A stretch of 64,000 bases of DNA from a virus. The stretch spans positions 32,001 to 96,000 of the IMG/VR virus record IMGVR_UViG_3300045988_130225; one strand, written 5' to 3'. Below are positions 46,654 to 54,861 of the stretch, piece by piece. Numbering within the stretch: position 1 is the first letter of the stretch; each line of letters begins with the position of its first letter. The position numbers and the translations under genes were made by a program. The notes beneath the pieces are model-generated. The model worked only from the letters and a program-made list of their open reading frames with translations. It was not told the DNA's origin and searched no databases.

Positions 46654-46902
46654 ATGGAGAGTTTAGCAATGAATTTAACAGATGCACAGAAGAGAGCAGT
46701 AGAGTTAAAAGATGAAATTATTAAAATTTGTGAAGAAAAGAAGTTAATTCTGGTTGCTCCTAAAGAGGGAATTGGTTTTTATGATTTAGAGTCAAAGGAA
46801 CTGGTTGCTATTTGGTCTGATAGTAAAGCCAATGAAGAAACAAAACCAGTTGATGAAGATAGCGAAGCACCAGAAGCACCGGAAATTCCAGAACAGGAAT
46901 AA
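46654..46902 (+). CDS. hypothetical acidic protein
   Basis: 82 aa with an AAGGAG RBS. Confidence 0.55.
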   Translation: MESLAMNLTDAQKRAVELKDEIIKICEEKKLILVAPKEGIGFYDLESKELVAIWSDSKANEETKPVDEDSEAPEAPEIPEQE

Positions 46903-46954
46903 ACCATTATGATCAAGGACTTAATAAAAATAATTAAAAATTTTTAAAAAGTCC

Positions 46955-46983
46955 TTGACTTATCTAATAAAATATGTTATAGT
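46955..46983 (+). promoter_or_regulatory. sigma-A-type promoter driving the ncRNA-tRNA unit
   Basis: TTGACT, 17 nt, then TGtTATAGT. Confidence 0.65.
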
Positions 46984-46989
46984 ATATAC

Positions 46990-47719
46990 ATAGCAAACAA
47001 GAGAACAAGTAAATGAGTAAACGTAATTAATTATTTAGTCGAAAGTTTACAGAGTTTGACAGTTGCTAAAATAACTAAATTTATAGGTTTGGCATGAGGA
47101 AGAGTTATTGTGTAACAAGGGCCGTCGAATGTAATTAAAATCTACGGAGAACAAACTCCGGTAAAAGCCCTGCGTATGAAAGTGGTGTATATCTTTTTTG
47201 TTAGGTTCAGCTTTTGCCTAAATCGTGTGTAGACGAAGAAAAGATATATAAAAGCAAAAATAGGTTTTTTCTCTGAATCATGTTAAATCGGCGGTTGGTT
47301 GGTTATTAAGTGTAAGCGCAAACACGTAATAACGCAACATGATGTGTCACTACTCACAACCGCTTTTGGTATGCTATCCACACATACCAAAGCCTCCTAA
47401 TTCGCAATACAAAAGATTAATTTTCTCCTTTTTGACTAGTAACTTTTCTGGTAGATGGACGTGAATAGTCAAAGGTGGCAACTTGTTTTATCGAGGAATA
47501 AGTTGCCACATACATAGTAATTGAAAACTGAATATTTGAGATTACTAAAAAATCCGTTAATAATGAAAATGCTAAGTATTCATAGATACGATAAATATTT
47601 AGCTTAAAATGTTATTAAAAACCTACTCTGTAGAGATATAAACCATGGCAGTGAGAACGTATCTAGTCTGTGATTACAGAATATTATCCTTTGGTAGCGG
47701 TTGAGGGGATATTAATTAA
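46990..47719 (+). ncRNA. large structured non-coding RNA candidate (ROOL/GOLLD-like context)
   Basis: No ORF >=60 aa on either strand, a promoter upstream and a tRNA immediately downstream. At least eight perfect 5-10 bp helices were paired by eye (listed in findings). Confidence 0.5.
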
Positions 47720-47790
47720 AGGGCATTAGCCAAGCGGAAAGGCAAAACACTTTGACTGTTTCATGCGTAGGTCCGAATCCTACATGCCCT
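47720..47790 (+). tRNA. tRNA-Gln (anticodon UUG)
   Basis: Hand-folded cloverleaf: acceptor AGGGCAT/ATGCCCT, D stem GCC/GGC, anticodon stem AAACA/TGTTT with loop CTTTGAC, T stem GTAGG/CCTAC with loop TCCGAAT. CCA is not encoded. Confidence 0.85.
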
Positions 47791-47821
47791 GTTTATAAAA
47801 ATAAATGTTTGGTGATTAAAA

Positions 47822-48570
47822 ATGAATACTAATATTAAATATTATGAACGTAAAGTTCCAATAGTTGATACTTATTCTGTTAAAGAATTAGAAGAAATTG
47901 TGAAAAATTCATATTCTTTTAAAGAAGTAATTTTAAAATTGGGGTATAAAACGCAGAATGGAAGTAATATAAAAACAGTAAGAAACAGATTAGAAAACTT
48001 AAACATTGATTATAGTCATTTTGCTTCTACTATGCAAATAAAAAGAACCTATGAAAATGTATTTTGTAAAAATAGTACAACTACACAGCATGTTTTAAGA
48101 CGGTGGTATAAGAAAATAAGTAATGATAATATTTGTACTATTTGCAGACAGGATAAAATCTGGAATAATAAAGAATTGACTATGATTTTAGACCACATTG
48201 ATGGCAACAATCATAACAATGTAACTTCAAATCTACGGTGGATTTGTCCTAATTGCAACAGTCAGTTGCCTACATTTGCAGGCAGAAATTTAAGATTAGA
48301 AATGTAAAGTTAAAACATACAAGAGAAAAGAAAATTTGTCCTATTTGCAACAAAAATATCCTTTCTAACAGTGATAATAAAATGTGTATTGATTGCTACA
48401 AAAATTATCAATCCAGAAATATTCCTGCTAAAGAAGAGTTAGAAAAATTAATTTATAATACGCCTTTTGTAAAAATTGGTAAAAAATACGGGGTATCAGA
48501 TAACGCTGTAAGAAATTGGTGTAAGAAATACGGCTTACCTTATAAATATAATGATTTACACAAAAGATAA
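47822..48570 (+). pseudogene. HNH homing endonuclease split by a frameshift
   Basis: ORF 47822..48307 carries ILDHIDGNNHNNVTSNLRWICPNCNSQ (HNH). ORF 48253..48570, in another frame, carries the usual C-terminal CPICNK...CIDC zinc finger and the KYGVSDNAVRNWCKKYGLP HTH. The frames switch near 48283-48292. Confidence 0.7.
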
Positions 48571-48675
48571 TTAATTTATTATGTTTAAGTCTTGTTGGAA
48601 AGAATTAGTAGATATTATAGGTAATCTATTAAACAATGCAAGTTCAACTCTTGCACCTAAATTTTTATCATAAAC

Positions 48676-48748
48676 GGAACAATATTTCAACTGGTTAGAA
48701 AGTTCGGCTCATAACCGAAAAGTTATAGGTTCGAGTCCTATTTGTTCC
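48676..48748 (+). tRNA. tRNA-Met/Ile2 type (anticodon CAU), elongator-like
   Basis: Acceptor GGAACAA/TTGTTCC, D stem TTTC/GAAA, anticodon stem TTCGG/CCGAA with loop CTCATAA, T stem ATAGG/CCTAT with loop TTCGAGT. Confidence 0.85.
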
Positions 48749-48854
48749 ATTAGAAGAATAATCAATATTGCACACCATCACCTTATAATTATAATGACGT
48801 TCCCCCTAAAATAACGTTTATTACTGCAATATTAATTGTTCTTCACAATACAAA

Positions 48855-48912
48855 ACAGTAATACAGTATAACAACTCCCACCACCAATGTTTATGCTGTA
48901 TTACTGTTTTTT
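48855..48912 (+). terminator. terminator-like long hairpin
   Basis: 12-bp stem ACAGTAATACAG/CTGTATTACTGT with a 29-nt loop, followed by TTTTTT. Confidence 0.45.
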
Positions 48913-48921
48913 ATAGAACAG

Positions 48922-50169
48922 TAAGCCAAAAACCCCCATTAGCTTTAGCTGATGGGAAGAATAGTGGAGAACAATTAACTGAGAGTGAGGTGATTATAGA
49001 TGTTGGTAGCATACAAATACAGATTGTATCCGAATAAAGAACAACAAGAATATTTTGCTAAATGTTTTGGGTGTGTACGATTTATCTATAATCGTATGCT
49101 TTCAGATAAGATTGACTATTATAAAGAAACAAAGAAAAAGCTGAATAATACACCTGCTCAGTACAAGAAAAAGTTTGAGTGGCTAAAAGAAGTAGATTCA
49201 CTTGCATTAGCAAATGCTCAAATGAATTTGCAGACAGCCTATAACAATTTTTTCAAACGTCCAGAAGTGGGTTTTCCAAAATTCAAAAGCAAGAAGAATA
49301 ATCACTTCTCTTATACTACAAATAATCAGGGAGGAAACATTTATGTGACAGACCGATACATAAAACTCCCTAAGATTGGACTTGTTAGAGTTCGGAAACA
49401 TAGAGATTTTGAAGGATTAATTAAGTCTGTTACTATTTCTAAAAGTCCGTCTGGTAAATACTTTGTTTCAGTATTAGTAGACCAAAAAGATAAAGAAAAA
49501 TTAATTCCAAACAATAACCAAATTGGAATTGATTTAGGTATTAAAGAATTTTGTATTACTTCTGATGAAGAGATGATTCAAAATCCAAAGTTTCTTAGAA
49601 AGTCTGAAAAGAAATTAAGAAAATTACAAAAGGATTTATCTCGTTGTCAAAAAGAAAGTAAAAATAGAGAAAAATGCAGAATTAAAGTCGCAAGACAACA
49701 TGAAAAGATTGCAAATCAACGTAAAGATTTTCTACATAAGTTATCTAGGCGATTTATTGATGAAAACCAAATCATTGCATTAGAAACTTTGAAAATTAAA
49801 AATATGATGAGTAATCATAAATTAGCAAAATCAATAGCAGATGTATCATGGTCTGAATTTGTAAGACAATTAGAGTATAAGGCTCAGTGGTATGGTAGAG
49901 AAATCGTAAGGATTGATACTTGGTATCCATCAAGTCAGATATGCTCTAATTGTGGTCACAAAGACAGAAGAAAGCCATTATCAGTAAGAGAATGGATCTG
50001 TCCTAATTGTGGTACACATCATGAAAGGGATATAAATGCAGCTATAAATATTCTTAAAGAAGGTTTGAGAATTAAAACGGCAGGAACTGTCGAGATAGTC
50101 TAAGTAAACTTGTGCGGTTACGCATATTGATTAGAAAATCCAATGAGTTTTAACTCATGGGTAGTTCAG
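48922..50169 (+). mobile_element. tnpA-less IS200/IS605-type TnpB element 3
   Basis: Matching 22-nt subterminal hairpins at 48935-48956 (CCCATTAGCTTTAGCTGATGGG) and 50140-50161 (CCAATGAGTTTTAACTCATGGG). The left flank TAGAACAG resembles the element end TAGTTCAG. Confidence 0.6.
49000..50103 (+). CDS. tnpB: TnpB RNA-guided nuclease
   Basis: 367 aa. [21 protein letters not shown] and [11 protein letters not shown], plus CSNCGH...CPNCGT. Confidence 0.85.
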   Translation: MLVAYKYRLYPNKEQQEYFAKCFGCVRFIYNRMLSDKIDYYKETKKKLNNTPAQYKKKFEWLKEVDSLALANAQMNLQTAYNNFFKRPEVGFPKFKSKKNNHFSYTTNNQGGNIYVTDRYIKLPKIGLVRVRKHRDFEGLIKSVTISKSPSGKYFVSVLVDQKDKEKLIPNNNQIGIDLGIKEFCITSDEEMIQNPKFLRKSEKKLRKLQKDLSRCQKESKNREKCRIKVARQHEKIANQRKDFLHKLSRRFIDENQIIALETLKIKNMMSNHKLAKSIADVSWSEFVRQLEYKAQWYGREIVRIDTWYPSSQICSNCGHKDRRKPLSVREWICPNCGTHHERDINAAINILKEGLRIKTAGTVEIV

Positions 50170-50190
50170 AGGTAAGTTAATGAGTAGATG
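50104..50190 (+). ncRNA. putative omega RNA 3' part and guide of TnpB-3
   Basis: Right-end hairpin followed by flank AGGTAAGTTAATGAGTAGATG. The scaffold probably extends back into the tnpB 3' end. Confidence 0.35.
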
Positions 50191-50215
50191 TAGAGGTAAG
50201 TTAATGAGTAGATGT
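50168..50215 (+). repeat. perfect 24-bp tandem duplication (2 copies)
   Basis: AGAGGTAAGTTAATGAGTAGATGT occurs at 50168-50191 and again at 50192-50215, directly abutting the TnpB-3 right end. Each copy contains an RBS plus ATG. Confidence 0.95.
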
Positions 50216-50557
50216 AATTGTCAGCATTGTGATGCTTATATCAACATTCCAATAAACTGGTTCACAATGTATTTCTATGAGGACTTAACAAGATGTTGGA
50301 TTTTTTGGCATATGAAAATGAATCATGATTTTCAGAGTACAGAAGATAATTGGTTTACTTTTGTATTAAGATTTATTGGGTTAATGTTAAAATTTGATTT
50401 AGCTTGTGTGTTGATTTCAGTGAAGATTGTGCTGACACCATTTTTAATGTTGGATAAATTTTTATTCTTTGACGCTAGAAGAGATATGGATTTTGAATAT
50501 TTGGATAGTGATGAAGTTGAGGAAGATGAAGATAAAAGTGAGGATAAGGAGAATTAA
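50180..50557 (+). CDS. hypothetical membrane protein with acidic tail
   Basis: 125 aa. The N-terminus MSRCRGKLMSRC reflects the 24-bp duplication, so the alternative start 50204 is equally good. Confidence 0.5.
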   Translation: MSRCRGKLMSRCNCQHCDAYINIPINWFTMYFYEDLTRCWIFWHMKMNHDFQSTEDNWFTFVLRFIGLMLKFDLACVLISVKIVLTPFLMLDKFLFFDARRDMDFEYLDSDEVEEDEDKSEDKEN

Positions 50558-50563
50558 ATAAAA

Positions 50564-52157
50564 ATGAAAAACAGTAAAAGGATTGTATCGAAGATACAGA
50601 AGAATGTTCAAAAAGAAATAGTGTTAGTATCAAAAAATAGAGAGAGGAAATGGCAACTCGTTAATTTTTGTGAATTTGACAAATATGCAACAAAATCATA
50701 CTGTGCCATTCATGGTGTTGATGAATCATTGAATCTTGGTGATATTACAAAGGTTGATGAAACAAAGCTTAAACCATTTAATATGATTTGTGGAGGTAGC
50801 CCGTGTCAAGATTTTTCTATAGCAGGTAAGCAAAAGGGTTCTGTTTGGACTTGCAAAGAATGTGGACATGAATATAATCCATTGACGGTACATTGGCTAA
50901 AAAGAGATAAGTGTCCATGCTGTGGAAGTAACAATATTGAAAAAAACTCGTTCATCTCTTTTAGTAGAGTATTTAAGAGTAATAAGAGCGAACAAACCCA
51001 ATTTTGGTTTGTATGAAAATGTTAAAAATATTGTTGGAAAACAATTTAAAGAAACTACTTTTAAATTATTTACTGATGAATTGAAAGAATATGATTATAA
51101 TGTGTATTGGAAAGTTTTAAATGCAAAAAATTACGGTATTCCGCAGAATAGAGAACGTGTTTATTTAATTTTTATCAAGAAAGACTTGGATAATGGCAAG
51201 TTTAAGTTTCCAGAGCCATTTGATAATGGTGTTCGATTGAAAGATATGCTTGAAGATAAAGTAGATGAAAAGTATTATATTTCAAAAGATAAAATTGAAA
51301 AATTTTTAAAGAATTTTAATTATGATTTTAGTAAAAATCAGTTAGGCAGTATTGAAAATAATAATTCTCAAACCAATAGAGTATATAATATAGATAAAGA
51401 ATCACCAACTTTAAACACTTGTTCTGGTGGTAATCATCAACCAAAAGTTTTATTAGGAGTTGATAAAACTTTTAATAACCCAAAAATTATAGATGAAGCT
51501 AATTGTTTATGTGCAAGATATGATTGTGGTTTTACTAAAAGAGTTTCAGAAGGCACAGCAGTTTTAGAAAGTATTCCAATTTTAGTTTCAAAGAAAGGCG
51601 AAAAGTTTGATAAAAAGATTAATGAAGCAAATACGTTATTAGCCCGTGATTATAAAGGGTTTGGAAATCAAACTATGAACGCAGTTATTCAAATCCCGCA
51701 AGCAACTAAAAAAGGCTATATTGAATGTGAGCAAAATGGTGTTGCAGATTTATCATATCCAACTTCTACTACAAGAAGAGGGCGTGTACAAGAAAACGGA
51801 AATATTTCACCAACTCTTACAGCATCAGAAACAAATATTTGTAAGATAGAATCATTGATTAGAATTAGAAAATTAACACCAAAAGAATGTTTTAGACTTA
51901 TGGGTTTTTCTGATAATGATTTTGAAAAAGCTGAGAAAACGGTAAGTAATTCACAATTATATAAACAAGCAGGTAACTCTATTGTTGTAGATGTGCTTTA
52001 TTATATATTAGTTGAATTATATAAAGCAATGCCATATCTGTTCGATGATTTGAAACTAAGTAGTTTTTTCTCTGGAATTGGAGCGTTTGAGATAGCATTG
52101 GATAGATTATATAAAGGAATAAATTCTGGAAATTTTATAAGTCTACAAGTAGATTAA
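50564..52157 (+). CDS. DNA (cytosine-5) methyltransferase, multi-TRD, interrupted by a +1 frameshift at an A7 tract
   Basis: GGSPCQDFS (motif IV, 50793-50819), ENV (51015-51023), QNRERV, RKLTPKECFRLMGF (IX) and QAGNSIVV (X). Frames switch at A7 50940-50946. Four T.L-type target-recognition loops. FFSGIGAFE (motif I) lies at 52065-52091, after motif X. Confidence 0.75.
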
Positions 52158-52399
52158 GTTCTGCTTGTGGTAAAAATAAATTTATATATTGTTTAAAATA
52201 TCAACGTACTGAATATGGTAAAAAGATTAGAAAAGATTATGAAAATGGCAAAATAAAAGAAAAACGTTGTAATATGAGAAATTATACAATAAGAGAAGAT
52301 GAATGTTGTAATACTTTAACAACAGTACAGAAAGATAATTATATTATAATAAAAAGAGGTGAAGCAAATGAAAGTAAAGAAAGTAAAAGGAATATCTGA
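52115..52399 (+). pseudogene. remnant of a second C5-methyltransferase (TRD fragment, no start codon)
   Basis: An open frame without ATG reads ...YQRTEYGKKIRKDYENGKIKEKRCNMRNYTIREDECCNTLTTVQKDNYIII, typical of phage Dcm target-recognition regions. No motif IX/X follows. Confidence 0.45.
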
Positions 52400-52694
52400 A
52401 ATGGGATTTTTTGAAATGAGTTTTGATTTTAAATTTGGAGATAAAGTAAAACCTGTAAACCTCTGTCAATATACTCTTGCTATCGACAGTGAAGTATATT
52501 TGCAAAGTATAAGCAACATGAAAATAATCAATGCTAAAAGTCTTATCGCACTTAGCCAGTTTCCTTATTTCCCCACTGAAACTGTAAGACTTATTATTAA
52601 AGATAACAAGTCAAGTGAAGCAAACAAGGCTTTAGAATATTTTCTAAGTCAGAACACATTTATTGTCAGAAAGCGAGTTGTTCAACATGATTGA
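52359..52694 (+). CDS. HPr/Crh-like fold protein lacking the catalytic His
   Basis: IINAKSLIALSQF....TVRLIIKDNKSSEANKALEYFL aligns with HPr [13 protein letters not shown]...ITISASGADENDALNALEETM. The GIHARPA site is GISEMGF. Confidence 0.3.
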   Translation: MKQMKVKKVKGISEMGFFEMSFDFKFGDKVKPVNLCQYTLAIDSEVYLQSISNMKIINAKSLIALSQFPYFPTETVRLIIKDNKSSEANKALEYFLSQNTFIVRKRVVQHD

Positions 52695-53118
52695 TAAATT
52701 AAGAGAAGCAAAAAAAGGTAAACTTACCAAAGAAGAAAACGCAATTAAACAGGTTTCAGCATGTATAAAGGCATGGGAAAATAATGAACCTGCGACACTT
52801 AGCACTGAAACAATGAAAACAATCCTTAAAACTTTAAAAGAGATAAAAGATTTTCGTGACGTTGGCAACGTAAAAACTATAAAAGAATTAAAAAAACTCA
52901 GCCTTAAACGTCAACCTAAAAATCTTAATAAAAAATATTGCGACTACAAAGTTGACGATGAAGAAATCCATTCTTTCTATGGCATCTGCCCCAACTGCGA
53001 GCAACCATTAAATTTCTACTGGCATCAGAAATATTGCGGCAACTGTGGACAAGCCCTTATCTGGCGAAACTTAAAGTCAGTAATAAGCAAGAAAGACCTT
53101 GACAAAATCATAAAGTGA
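52687..53118 (+). CDS. zinc-ribbon protein
   Basis: ORF track 52663..53118. ATG 52687 overlaps the upstream stop. Motif CPNCEQP...CGNCGQ. Confidence 0.55.
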   Translation: MIDKLREAKKGKLTKEENAIKQVSACIKAWENNEPATLSTETMKTILKTLKEIKDFRDVGNVKTIKELKKLSLKRQPKNLNKKYCDYKVDDEEIHSFYGICPNCEQPLNFYWHQKYCGNCGQALIWRNLKSVISKKDLDKIIK

Positions 53119-53134
53119 CACGTTCACATTTTTA

Positions 53135-53176
53135 AACCCCTTAGTAACACAAAGTACAAGGGGTTCTTTTTTATTT
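53135..53176 (+). terminator. rho-independent terminator
   Basis: AACCCCTT/AAGGGGTT 8-bp stem followed by CTTTTTTATTTT. Confidence 0.7.
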
Positions 53177-53590
53177 TCAACCAAGTTATCACATTCAGAA
53201 CAAAATTCCCCTATATCTACTTTCTACGGACTGTTACCACCCTAAATCAGAATAAATCCCCCTAACTCAGAGCACGAGATTTCGCCCTATATTGCAAAAC
53301 ACTACATGAAGCCCAAGGGAGTAATTATTTGCAATGTCCTATAAATTGGACACCTAAAACACTAATGAAAATCATTTAAGACTTGAAGCATTGCAATTCG
53401 CCCACTCGAAAACGCCTACGCAAAAACCATTACTTTTCGACTATAGGGGGTCAAGGCACTTTTCGCCAATAGTTCTTTTTAGAACCATTTTTCCGTTATT
53501 CATAAATTTTAATAACGAACAGTGAAATGACAAAACACCTGTCTTTACAACTGACAAGACAACTGACAAGACATTTCTTAATTTTCCACT
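53177..53590 (-). ncRNA. candidate leftward non-coding transcript
   Basis: Lies downstream of a minus-strand copy of the conserved early promoter -10 block. It has no ORF >20 aa by hand scan and runs into the hairpin at 53135-53176. Confidence 0.3.
53547..53573. repeat. tandem 12-nt repeat ACAACTGACAAG x2 (+ACA)
   Basis: Read directly from the sequence. Confidence 0.9.
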
Positions 53591-53598
53591 ATGGTTAT

Positions 53599-53627
53599 GA
53601 TATACCACTCTCCCCTAAATTTAACTA
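53599..53627 (-). promoter_or_regulatory. early-family promoter copy pointing left
   Basis: The minus strand reads GTGGTATATCATAACCATAG, against GTGGTATATTATAACCAT(A/G) at 57999, 60443 and 60812. The -35 is weak (TAGTTA). Confidence 0.45.
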
Positions 53628-53817
53628 CCTGTGGTCACTCTTATATACCGTTACAACTCATTTAAACGCCCCTAGAAACGATTTTAATAGATAAGACGAT
53701 TAAGTTATCATACGCAGACTAAAACGCCCACATTTGCCTTGTACTGTTTCATATAAAAAGTGACACCTTATCATGCTCCTAAAACCTCTACAGAAATAAT
53801 AGTCAAAATTTAAACCA

Positions 53818-53831
53818 GTATACCGGTATAC
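53818..53831. repeat. perfect 14-bp palindrome GTATACCGGTATAC
   Basis: Self-reverse-complementary. Confidence 0.95.
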
Positions 53832-53878
53832 GGCGAATGACCCCCTTGTTCCCCAGTATACAATTACCCCCCTCTATC

Positions 53879-53894
53879 AGATAATATATTATCT
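53879..53894. repeat. perfect 16-bp palindrome AGATAATATATTATCT
   Basis: Self-reverse-complementary. Confidence 0.95.
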
Positions 53895-54120
53895 ATTGTA
53901 AAGAGTAGATGACTAAGAGATAGAACTACAAGAATTATAAGAATAGATAAGAGATAAGAGGATTGAGAACTGGATAATATGTTGGTTATTACATACTCGT
54001 AAATGTTGCAAAATCCCTATTCTGTGTTATCACCTACACCTATAAAACCACTAGGCATAAAGAGCAAAATGATACACACATTTTCGTCATATATATCTTA
54101 AATACTCTTAGACGATTTAC

Positions 54121-54515
54121 TGTGTGCTATTGTTGTGAGAAATGATATGAAAAGTATAGGTGGTTAAGGTGGTGTGAAAATGGTCTGGGATAGGTATGGG
54201 GAATTTGGTTATCGTGCGTGTGCGTTATATATAATTATATATAGTGGGAGTTAATAAGTAGGAAACGGTGAAGTGATGAGAGATGAAAAACTAAGGATTG
54301 ATATGAACATAAGGATTTAGGAATATAGAGGGCAGAAGGATATATAAGGATATATGATATAAGGTGAGAGTGGGCGTGAGTGGGTGCGGAGATAATGATG
54401 ATAGTTGGGATAGAGCAATAGCAATGGGGGATAGGGGGTAACAGGAGCAATAGATAGAGAGATAATTGAAATACTATGAATATTGGGTGAATATTGAGTT
54501 GTGGGAGTGTGCGGT
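54121..54515. other. C-depleted (G/A/T) arm
   Basis: By hand count there are about 18 C in about 395 nt on the plus strand, while G is abundant. GGGATAG/GGATAT motifs recur. Confidence 0.85.
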
Positions 54516-54699
54516 GTATCAGCTATTCCGAGTATGCGAAAATCGTATATACGAATTGTCTGAAAATACCCCGGTTATACGTGACTAACAGAATGAGTGT
54601 TCGACTAGCCCAGAGGAGGGGGCGATATACTCTGCCTGCATAGGTTCGGAACGTCAAAAAACATGGCTATAATAAATCATTATAGACACGTTTTGCATG

Positions 54700-54717
54700 T
54701 TATCAATATATTGATAA
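54700..54717. repeat. perfect 18-bp palindrome TTATCAATATATTGATAA
   Basis: Self-reverse-complementary. It lies in the compositionally balanced core between the two skewed arms. Confidence 0.95.
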
Positions 54718-54861
54718 TACTATACGTTCAAAACTAATGGTTTTTATTGATACTTGAACACTTTTAACGTGATTGATATATTGGAAGTATTATATTATGT
54801 TAAAAAAATGACGTAATAAGAAGGTACTATATATGTGATACCGCATACCATTAGCTAAGTT

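Noticed and set aside
48584-48668. A possible third tRNA upstream of tRNA-Met. It has a T-arm-like GCAAG-TTCAACT-CTTGC followed by ACCTAAA.
   Set aside because: I could not build a D-arm or a 5-bp anticodon stem with a 7-nt loop at any spacing. At best it is a tRNA 3' fragment. No integrase is present to support an attP interpretation.
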